From Chiloscyllium plagiosum (lineage: Eukaryota): a stretch of DNA of 47,520 nucleotides. Below the pieces are notes generated by a model. The model made no database searches. It was not told where the DNA came from and saw only the letters and a list, made by a program, of their open reading frames with translations. The stretch covers positions 11,066,336 through 11,113,855 of the forward strand of contig NC_057752.1 in the NCBI RefSeq assembly GCF_004010195.1, given 5' to 3'. Positions 37,891-47,520 of the stretch are shown one piece after another (positions within the stretch are counted from its first letter, which is position 1; each line of letters opens with the position of its first letter). Both the position numbers and the translations under genes were made by a program.

Positions 37891-38927
37891 TTACTTCCTC
37901 TGCATTTGTTTTCAATTGAGTTGGAGTTGCCTTTTTAAGCATTTGTACGGGGTTCTATCATCAAGAGTAGATACTGAGTTTCTTGCAGACCTGTATCCTG
38001 TCAGCTCTTCCCTACCAGATGAATGTTTTTCTTTCAGTAATCCGCTCTCAGCAAGCCTAGTCTTTGTAGCGAAGCATTGCTAATGTTCAACCTATTTAGT
38101 TCCACGCTGGTGTTAGAAGCAGTTAATCACACCTCACAAGTTCAGCTTATTTGTCTGTGTTTAGACCAAGTCTGTAATCAAGACCAGAGTGGCCATGGTG
38201 GAACTCAAACTGAGCATTATCGAGAAGGTTATTATTGTGCAAATGCTGGTTGCTAGCACTGTTGATGCAGAACCTATCTAATTAATTTGTGAGTTGCACT
38301 TGGGACCAATTAGTTCAATTGGCTAGGAAGCTAACACATGGTTTGGAATACTGCCGAAAGCATACAATACAATCCTCATTCCAGCTGATGTACACTTGGG
38401 CCCTGCCCTGTAATACATTCATAACATAAGTTATGTTTTACAACCCTTAAAGAATGGTGGATGCTACTTGTAGAAGGAGCAAGCTATGTAAATGAGTTGA
38501 ATCTGTAACAAGCAGTGACTAGTTTTCTAATCACAAATTATAGAAAATTAAGGCTTATAAAATGTATTGGTTGTAACTCTTCACATATGTGGAACTCAAC
38601 TTTTTGAGGGGGGGAAAGAAATGCAGATTCTTTTGATTCGAAAACAAATCAAGCAGCATGACCAAGTATATTGTGCAGAGAAGCATCTGTAATGGAGATG
38701 GGAACACTAACTGCATACGAAGCACTGTTGACATTCCAGGTAAAAAGTATGATTTTTACGGTATGAAATGTTTTCTAGCAGAAGTAATGAAGATAACGTA
38801 TGCTTTTTATAAATGACATACCGTACAAAATAAGGCAGATTTACTCCTCAAATAAGGGGTACTTTAGTTCCATAAATTTAAATTCTGATAGATACTTTTC
38901 TAGCACTGGATGACTTGACTGGACCAT

Positions 38928-39052
38928 GATTCCTGATGAAGGGCTTTTGCCTGAAACGTCGATTTTCCTGCTCCTTGGATGCTGCCTGACCTGCTTTGCT
39001 TTTCCACCACCATCTAATCTAGACTCTGGTTTCCAGCATCTGCAGTCCACAC
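38928..39052 (+). mobile_element. Penelope-like terminus with intact hammerhead core
   Basis: CUGAUGA-A-GGGC-UUUU-GCCU-GAAAC-GUC (38933-38960). Confidence 0.7.
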
Positions 39053-39341
39053 TTTGTTATCTGCGTCCACTCTGATATCCACTTACCCTCAATGACCTCC
39101 TTCAAAAAAGGTTTTTGGAGCAGCTTGTGGTAAAGCCCACTAGGAAATAGGCAATTCTGGACTTGGTGATGTGTCATGAGGCAGATTTGATCAAGGAGTT
39201 TAAGGTAAAGTTACCCCTAGGGGTCAGTGACCATAATATGATAAAATTCACTCTGCAGTTTGAGGGGGAGAAGCTGTAATCTGATGTAACCGCATTATAA
39301 TTGTGTAAAGGTAACTACAAAGATTTTAGTGTGGAACTGGC

Positions 39342-39706
39342 TGAAATAACTCCACAGAGGCTGGTATCTCATCACCAAGTCACCCTTTACTTACACATCG
39401 TAAGAAGACTCCGTAATGACTTTGAATTTTCTGACACACTTCCAGTCACAGCTGACAATAATCAGACTTTGGACGCAGAAAGATCCAGTCCTGGCAAAAC
39501 TGAAAGAGATGGGGGTGATGGGGGAAACCAAAGGGCCATCACAACCAGAATTGAAACCTTTTTGAACTTGAAGAGACCAGATCACAGGACAGGATGGCAT
39601 ATTATTATGGGAGCAAGAATGATTGTCCCAAGCAAAAGTTTCCATCAGATACTGGCTGAGTTCATTCTGTGAGGTCCACCTGGCTGACCTCATTACAATC
39701 ACTACA
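39342..39706 (-). mobile_element. Gypsy-type LTR with TG...CA ends and 5-bp TSD CTGGC, containing an inverted pol fragment
   Basis: TSD at 39337-39341 and 39707-39711; termini match 16089-16321; plus-strand IRLWTQKDPVLAKLK..LKPF..DGILLW/GARMIVP. Confidence 0.8.
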
Positions 39707-40021
39707 CTGGCTAGAGTTGACATTGGATCGCTGGAGAATGTGGCTGGAGAAGTAGCAATGTGGAACAAAGAAATGACAGAAGAACTGAATAGGTACTTCG
39801 CATCAGTCTTCATGGTGGAAGATACCACCTTCAGGAGAGGTGGGGGGAGGGGGGTGGTGGGCAGAGGTGAGTGTAGCAGCCATTACTTAGGAGAAGGCGT
39901 TAAAATGTCTGAAAGGTGGATACATCACTCCGACTAGATGGACTATATACCAGAGCTTTGAAGGAGATAACTGAGGAGACTGTGGAGATTTTTCAGGAAT
40001 CACTGGAGTCAAGTAGAGTCC

Positions 40022-40374
40022 CAGAGGATTAAAAAATGGCGAGAATCATAGAATCCCTACAATGTGGAAACAGGCCCTTCAGCCCAACAAGTTCACACCA
40101 ACCCTCTGAAGAGTAATCCACCCAGGCCCATTCCCCTACCCTATTATTCTCTATTTACCCCTGACTAATGCACTAACCTACACATCCCTGAACACTATGG
40201 GCAATTTAACATGGCCAATTCACCTAACCTGCCCATCTTTTGGATTGTGGGAGAAAACCAGAGCACCCGGAGTAAACCCACACAGACACAGGGAGAATGT
40301 GCAAGGTTGGGAGCGAACCCAGGTCCCTGGCACTGTGAGGCCGCAGTGTTAACCACTGAGCCACCATGCTGCCC
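40022..40374 (-). mobile_element. HE1-type SINE with variant (GATTCTAT) tail
   Basis: A/B boxes and V-domain on minus; splits the CR1 with duplicated ggc. Confidence 0.88.
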
Positions 40375-42750
40375 AGGCTAATGTGACATCCCTGTTTAAG
40401 AAGGGAGGGAAGCAGAAAACAGGAAATATAGGCTGATTAGCCTGACTTTGGTCGTTGGTAAGACGTTAGAGTCCATTATTAAAGATGAGATTGCTGAGTA
40501 CTTGGAAGTGCATGGCAAAATAGGGCAGAGTCAGCACAGCTTCGTCAGGGGAGGTTATGCCTGACAAATCTGTTAGAGTTCTTTGAGAAGGTAACAAACA
40601 AGTTAGACAAAGGATTTATTTGAATTTCCAGAAGGCCTTTGACAAGCTGCTGCACAGGAGCTGTGAAATAAGAACCCATTGTGTTGGGGCAAGGTACTGG
40701 CATGGATAGAAAATTGGCTGACTGGCTGGAGGCAGAGAGTGGGGATAAAGGGGTCTTTTTCAGGATGGTAGCCAGTGACTAGTGCAGTTCTGCAGCGGTC
40801 AGTGTTAGGACCACACCTATTCACATTATACGTTAAGGATCTAGACATAGGAACTGAGGGCATTGTTGCTAAATTCACAGATTACACAAAAGACAGGTTA
40901 GGAGAGTCGGCAAAGAAGTGGCAGAGTATCAGGTTATGAACTTTGATTGGAAGAGGAGAAGTGTAGACTTTTTTCTTAATGGGAAAAGGCTTTGGAAATC
41001 TGAAACACAAAATGACTTAGGAGCTCTAGTACAGGATTCTCTTAAGGTTAACATGCAGGTTCAAGTTGGCCGTTAGGAAGGCAAATGCAATGTTAGCATT
41101 TGTTTTGAAAGCGCTAGAATACAAAATCAGTGATGAACTGCTGAGGCTATATAAAGCTCAGCTTTGGTGGTGGGGTGGGGGGGGGAGGTTTGTGGTGAAC
41201 GGCTTGTCATAGGAGGAGCAGTAGAGGACTCTGTGCCTGTATTTGATACAGTTTAGAAGGATCAGAGGGGAATCTGATTGAAACTTACAGAATACTGAGA
41301 GGCCTGAATAGAGTGGACGTGGAGATGGTATTTCCACTCGGAGGAGAGACTAGGACACGGAGCGAAGGGAACCAAGCTGAGGAGGTATTTCTTGAGCCAG
41401 AGGGTGGTGAATCTGTGGAACTCATTGCCACAGAAAGCTGTGAAGGCCGAGTCATTGAGTGCACTTAAGACAAAGATAGAAAGGTTCCAGTCTACAAAGG
41501 GGATCAAGGGTTATGGGGAGAAGGCAGAAGAATGGGGTTGAGAAACATACCAGTCATGATCGAATGGTGGAGTAGACACAATAGGTCACATGGCTTAAGG
41601 CTGCTCCTATTTCTTATGGTCAAAGATACATTTGCATAATGTCACCTATCATTACCAACAGCACCAAGACCACTCCACCTCCTGCCTCCCCCCCCCATCC
41701 AAATGTGTGCCTCTGAAAATCAAAAGTACTGGAGGCAGAAAATGTTTCACACCAATTTGGCAGAAAAATGTTGTAATGATTATGTTGGCTTTTCATTTTT
41801 AACCTCAAGTTTCATCAAGTGGTTGTGTTGCTTCTGGAGGAGCGCACGACTGGCGCATCATTCTGCCTCTGAGCAGCAGAATTTCTGCAGATGTATATCT
41901 TTGCACACGATGTTCTTATTAAGATGAAATAGCTCAGTTCTCTCTTCAGGATCAACAATATAATCAAGACTGAATATTTTAGGCTTGTGGAATAAAAACA
42001 GTTTTACCACAGAGAGTAAAGAACAGAGAGTCTTGATTACCTTACATAAAGAGTTTCAGAAGGAGACATCAAATACAAACTAGCAGTGAAGATCATACAG
42101 CCTATCTTGATAAAAATATTTCCAATGTCATCACACATTGTACATACAGGAAAGCTTTCCTGCAGGTAATTTCAACAGAGAGATTAGACAAAATCTGTGA
42201 TGGGTCACTCTGTGCACCTCAGTTACACAGAATGACAAACATAACAATGGTCCGAGCTTCTCAATCAGGTTTGGAATCCCTATTTCTGAACCAGATCAGA
42301 TAAAATCTTGCCCATTTACCTTTACAGGAGTCTTCCCACAGAACCTCCGAGGCTAGAGCCTCCATAACCGAAGCAGTCCAATATACAAATTGTAGTAGAG
42401 TGAATTGACACTGAAACCTCACAAGGCAATAGCCATTCTATTTCAGAGCTTAAAAGTCCCAAAGCTACTTTAGCAACCACTGAGAGAAGAAAAATAAGGG
42501 GATAAGGTGGGGGTATCAAGAGGCAGATATGTGGAAGTGTATAGGTGGGTGAGAGCAACAGCTGGGTAGTATAGTAGGTAAGTAGGTGAGGGCTTATGGA
42601 AGCTCAAGTTAGTGGGTGTCACATGTCCATAGGGTGTCAGGGAGCAGAGGGTTGGGTGTCTGAAGGGGATCAGGTTCAGGAGTGGGGGTAGATCCAGGTG
42701 TAGGGAGGGGAAAACCAGCTGTCCATAGGGTGTTTGGGAACTTTGGGTTG

Positions 42751-42979
42751 ATTAGATTACTTACAGTGTGGAAACAGGCCCTTCGGCCCAACAAGTCCAC
42801 ACCGCCCCGCNNNNNNNNNNNNNNNNNNNNNNNNNNNNNNNNNNNNNNNNNNNNNNNNNNNNNNNNNNNNNNNNNNNNNNNNNNNNNNNNNNNNNNNNNN
42901 NNNNNNNNNNNNNNNNNNNNNNNCGGGTCTCTGGCGCTGTGAGGCAGCAGTGCTAACCACTGTGCCACCGTGCCGCCCA
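42751..42979 (-). mobile_element. HE1-type SINE spanning an N gap
   Basis: Both ends match 22418-22730. Confidence 0.9.
42811..42923. other. Assembly gap
   Basis: Run of N. Confidence 0.99.
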
Positions 42980-43369
42980 CACGGTTGGGGATGGATGTCC
43001 CTGGGATTTGGATGGTAGATGGTGTGGGGATGGAGGCAGAGGTTTTAATTCCTCTAACATTTCCTAAGTTAGTTGAAAACCTCGGAAGTCTCTGATTCTA
43101 ACTCCCAATTAGTGACATTTTCAGAGGGTTCCAGTTGCTGAGAAACTGGCCACTGGAAGTTTCAACTTCCTGGGCAATTCCCATGGAGTCAGCTGCATTG
43201 AGACTTCTGCATCGTCATGACATGCAACTTCTGTAATAACCATTTTCCAATCGGAAGTTCTGGGCCAAAGACACAAGCCAATTGGCATAATTTCTTGTTG
43301 GTGATCATCCCCTCAGCAAGTGTGTGAGCCATCAACAGCAAAAGATTGGAGTGCAACATAATCTTCAAC

Positions 43370-43960
43370 CTCTTGCCCTGTATACCCTCCACTCATTACC
43401 ATCAAGCAAAGGGATTAACCCTGGTTCAATAGACAGTGCAGGGGGACATGCCATAAGCAACAATAGGCATACCTGAAAATGAGGTGTCAACCTGGTGAAG
43501 CCAACAACAGCACTACTTGCACGCCAAACAGCATAAGCAGCAATTGATAGACAAAGCTATGTGATCCTACAACCAATGGATCAGATCTAAGCTCTGCAAT
43601 CCTGCCACATCCAGTCATGAATAGTGATGGACAATTAAACAACTCACTGGAGGAGGAGGCTCCACTAATATCCCCGTCCTGAATAATGGAAGAGCCCAGC
43701 ACATCAATGCAAAATATAAGGCTGAAACCTTTGCAGCAATCCTCAGCCAGAAGTGCCGAGTACATGATCCATCTCGGCCTCCTCCAGTGTTCCCCAGCAT
43801 TACAGATACCAGTCTTCAGCCAATTCGATTCACTCCACATGATCTCAAGAAACAACTGGAGGCACTAGATAGTACAAAGGCTTTGGGCCCTGACAACATT
43901 CCGACAATCATACTAAAGATTTGTGCTCCAGAACTTGCTGCACCCCAGCTCTCTTTCAGT
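43370..43960 (+). mobile_element. Non-LTR retrotransposon ORF2 fragment (CR1/L2 group, pre-RT region)
   Basis: KAETFAAIL..LDSTKALGPDNIPTIILKICAPELAAP. Confidence 0.8.
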
Positions 43961-44155
43961 ACAGTTAAAACATTGGCTTTGGGGGATCTAAGATGGCGGC
44001 GATCTGAGGAGATCACACTGCAGAGCTTCGCATCGCAGCAGGAGCAGGATGGTCCTTTAACCCACCCAACCCAGGTCATCAGGATTTCTTGGGGTGTTGG
44101 AAAGATTATGGAGCCCCAAGAAAATTGACTTACCTGTATCTTCAGCTGTCCAGAA

Positions 44156-44970
44156 ATGCCTAAAAAGGGAAGAGGAGCATCCGAGGCCGGGCCTGCAGCT
44201 CAGCCTGCAGCAGCCTCAGAGCAGATTACTCTCCAGGACCTGGTGAACCAGCTCTCGAAATCTCGTGAGATGTTGGGGAAAAGATTGAAGAAAAGCTGGC
44301 TCCAGTCTCTCTCATGCTGCAGAAGCATGAGCAGCAGCTGGGAGACCTGGAGAAGAGGACGGATGAGGTGGAGTACAGGATCACAGTGGTGGAAGCTGAT
44401 GCCAGTTCATTCAAGGAAGAGATCCAAGCCCTGAAGACGCAGGTTCGTAATTTGCGTGACCAAGTGGATGATCTTGAAAACTGGGGCAGGAGAAAAAACA
44501 TTCGGATCATCGGTCTGCCCGAGGGTAAGGAAGGTAAGCGGCCTGCGGAATTTGTTGAAGATTGGCTTCCGAAATTCCTTGACTTGGAGACTGGCATGAG
44601 AGGATTGAAGATAGAGAGGGCTCACCGGGTCACAGCACGGAGGTCGGGTCTGGGTCAACGCCCTCGTCCTTCCCTGGTGCAGTTCCATCATTACCGGGAT
44701 AAGGAGAGAGTCATGAAGGCTTCTAGACTCCAGGGGAAGGATCCATAGGCCCTAATTTACGAGAGGTCTAAGATCATGTTTTTTCAGGACTTTTCAGCGG
44801 CGGTGATCCAGAAACGAAAATCGTATGATGGTGTCAAGAGAAGACTGAAGGAGCTTGGGATTCAGTACTCCCTGAGATATCCGGCAGTGCTTCGGATCAC
44901 CTTAGATGGTTCCATGCATCTCTTTGACACATCGGAGAAGGCAAGAGACTTTGTGGACAAACTAACCTAA
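44156..44970 (+). pseudogene. L1 ORF1p (coiled coil, RRM, CTD) with one frameshift (~44282) and a premature TAG (44746-44748)
   Basis: Three ORF-track pieces join into a typical ORF1p. Confidence 0.88.
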
Positions 44971-45272
44971 GTTAAACAATTGTAGTACGTATAAATATCG
45001 TTGCTTGGGTATGCGTTTATCATTCTGTAAAAGAAATGGAGGAAATCCGGTTGGAGCTTTGTTTTTCCCCTTTTTCTTACCTCTATTGATAATAATTTGG
45101 TTCAAACTATGTCTGATGGTGGTTAAGATGTACATTTTAAATTTCTAAGTTAGGACATACCAAAGGATGGGTGGGGTATTTATTCCCCCTTTTTTTATAA
45201 AAGAATGTTTTTTTTATTCATATTGATATTCTATGGGATGTTTATTCTTTTTAGCTTGTGCTTGTGATGCGG

Positions 45273-45671
45273 NNNNNNNNNNNNNNNNNNNNNNNNNNNN
45301 NNNNNNNNNNNNNNNNNNNNNNNNNNNNNNNNNNNNNNNNNNNNNNNNNNNNNNNNNNNNNNNNNNNNNNNNNNNNNNNNNNNNNNNNNNNNNNNNNNNN
45401 NNNNNNNNNNNNNNNNNNNNNNNNNNNNNNNNNNNNNNNNNNNNNNNNNNNNNNNNNNNNNNNNNNNNNNNNNNNNNNNNNNNNNNNNNNNNNNNNNNNN
45501 NNNNNNNNNNNNNNNNNNNNNNNNNNNNNNNNNNNNNNNNNNNNNNNNNNNNNNNNNNNNNNNNNNNNNNNNNNNNNNNNNNNNNNNNNNNNNNNNNNNN
45601 NNNNNNNNNNNNNNNNNNNNNNNNNNNNNNNNNNNNNNNNNNNNNNNNNNNNNNNNNNNNNNNNNNNNNNN
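45273..45671. other. Assembly gap covering the L1 ORF2 start
   Basis: Run of N. Confidence 0.99.
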
Positions 45672-47168
45672 ACACATACGGGAGGTTTGTAATTCTTAAA
45701 GCCTTGATAAATGGGGAAGAATATGGCAGTTTAAATGTTTATTGTCCTCCAGCTCATCCTCTTAAATTCTTGGTAGATGCTTTTTCTAAACTGATAATTT
45801 AAGAATTTAAGAGGATGAGCTGGGGGACAACAAACATTTAAAATGCCATATTCTTCCCCATTTATCAAGGTTTTAAGAATTATAAACCTCCCATATGTGT
45901 CTTTAATACATTCCAACAATTTAAACGAGAGATTTTTCCTAACCAATTTAGCTACTCCCCTACTTCTGGTATTAAATGATGAAAAATAAACTCGGTCAAA
46001 GCCATTCTGCTGTAATTTCAGATGCTCCTTGTCATCCAAATGTGTCTCCTGTAACAAAGTCTCGGCACATCATTAGAGGGGGAGATTTTAACTGCCTCAT
46101 GGACGCCACAGTAGACAGGTTGCCTAAAGGTCCCTCGATACCCTCTGCACAAACTAAACAGTTATTGGGTTTGTGTGGGGAATTAGGATTTGTGGACGTC
46201 TGGAGGTGTCTCCACCCTACGGGTAGCGATTTCACGTTTTTCTCCAATCCGCATAGATGTCACACGAGGATTGAGTTTTTTCTCACCCTTGCGATAACCC
46301 TGGATCTGGTGGCATCCTGTACGATTGGTAATATTGCCATCTCTGGTCATGCTCCAGTGTACCTCATGGTTAAAATTAAGGATGTTACAGTGGATTCAAG
46401 GTACTGGCGAATGGACCCCTTTATTCTCATGGACAGCAAGTTTGTGGAGTATTTCTCTTGGGAATTTCGGGCATTCCTAGACATCAACATAGACTCGGTT
46501 GATAGCTCATCTGTTCTCTGAGAAACTGCCAAAGCTTATGCCAGAGGGTTAGTTATTTCATATTCCACAAGTAGGAAGCGGCAGAAGGGTGAGCAGCAAC
46601 GTCACCTTGAAGAACGGTTGAAGGCAGCCGAGAAGGCCTATTTTGACAGACCCTCATTGGTCAAACTACAGAGGGTTACGGCACTGCGGTCTGCACTAAA
46701 TTCCGTGCTCACGCAGACGGCAAATAAGGAGTTGGCTTTTGCAAAGCAAAGGTTATACGAGCATGGTGACAAATACTTACCATACCTTGCCAGAAAGAGA
46801 AGTGCCCCACAAACCATTACAGCGATTAAGGAAGGGTCTGGGAACCTAACATGTGATTCTAAAACGATTAATGTGGTGTTCCAGAGATTCTACTCTAAAT
46901 TATATCAGTCTGAGAATTGTGAGGAGGGGCAGGCCAAAATGGAATCCATTTTTAGAGATCTGAAGCTCCCGGCTGTGACTCCCGAACAACAGTCCTTTCT
47001 CAATGCCCCCTTATCAGAGCAATAAGTGCAGGACGCTGTGAGGCAGCTTCAGAGTGGAAAGGTGCATGGTCTTAATGGACTTCCCAGTGAATTCTATAAG
47101 GAATTTATAAGTATACTGTCAGGCCCGATGCTGAATATGTTTAATGATTCATACAGTCATGTTTGTCT

Positions 47169-47520
47169 CCAGGGATGTTGCCAGGGTTGGAGGATTTGAG
47201 CTACAGGGAGAGGCTTAACAGGCTGGGGCTGTTTTCCCTGGAGCGTTGGAGGCTGAGGGGTGACCTTATAGAGGTTTACAAAATGATGAGGGGAATGGAT
47301 AGGATAAATAGGCAAAGTCTTTTCCCTGGGGTTGGGGAGTCCAGAACGAGAGGGCATAGGTTTAGGGTGAGAGGGGAAAGATATAAAAGAGACCTAAGGG
47401 GCAACTTTTTCACACAGAGAGTGGTACGGGTATAGAATGAGCTGCCAGAGGAAGTGGTGGAGGCTGGTACAATTGCAACATTTAAGAGGCATTTGGATGG
47501 GTATATGAATAGGAAGGGTT
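47169..47520 (+). mobile_element. Young CR1/HER1-type 3' fragment interrupting the L1
   Basis: MLPGLEDLSYRERLNRLGLFSLE; near-identical to 14690-15040. Confidence 0.92.

Larger units (their letters stand above)
39100..41621 (+). mobile_element. CR1 LINE (EN to 3' tail, degraded) with nested LTR and SINE
   Basis: LGVSDHNMI EN motif, ELNRYFASVF, gatttatttgaatttccagaaggcctttgacaag; tail tcttatggt. Confidence 0.85.
43981..47168 (+). mobile_element. L1-clade LINE, 5'-complete and inactivated (5'UTR, ORF1, ORF2 endonuclease to start of RT)
   Basis: Starts GGGGGATCTAAGATGGCGGC (YY1 motif); ORF1 DDLENWGRRKNIRIIGLPE, IERAHR, FFQDFS; ORF2 GGDFN, DVWR, FTFFS, WRMD. Confidence 0.92.

Noticed and set aside
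34990..43980. Divergent neighbouring gene from a bidirectional promoter
   Set aside because: No exon with recognisable protein similarity found; the region is mostly repeats.
1..47520. CRISPR arrays, prokaryotic operons, rRNA or snoRNA genes
   Set aside because: Vertebrate repeat-rich DNA; no regular repeat-spacer array, rRNA, or convincing C/D or H/ACA box pair seen.

Overview
Vertebrate (elasmobranch/shark) genomic DNA, judged from abundant HE1-type V-SINEs and CR1/HER1-type LINEs. It holds one complete four-exon protein-coding gene on the minus strand, a DAZAP2 homologue (CDS exons 34790-34802, 19720-19841, 11283-11501, 2764-2892; 483 nt, 160 aa, all GT-AG introns), with a CpG-enriched promoter near 34.9 kb. 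The rest is mostly transposon debris: CR1 LINEs, HE1 and other SINEs, a Harbinger transposase fossil, Gypsy-type LTRs, the 5' part of an L1, and at least three families of short Penelope-like elements carrying minimal hammerhead-ribozyme cores. The most notable structures are a 135-bp near-perfect fold-back hammerhead element downstream of the stop codon, a solo LTR with an inverted pol fragment inside it, an 84-bp inverted repeat pair 3.4 kb apart, an inverted duplication inside L1 ORF2 and a SINE-tail microinversion. There are three N gaps. I found no clearly new protein-coding system. Boundaries of old repeats are approximate, and family names come from recalled motifs, not database searches.
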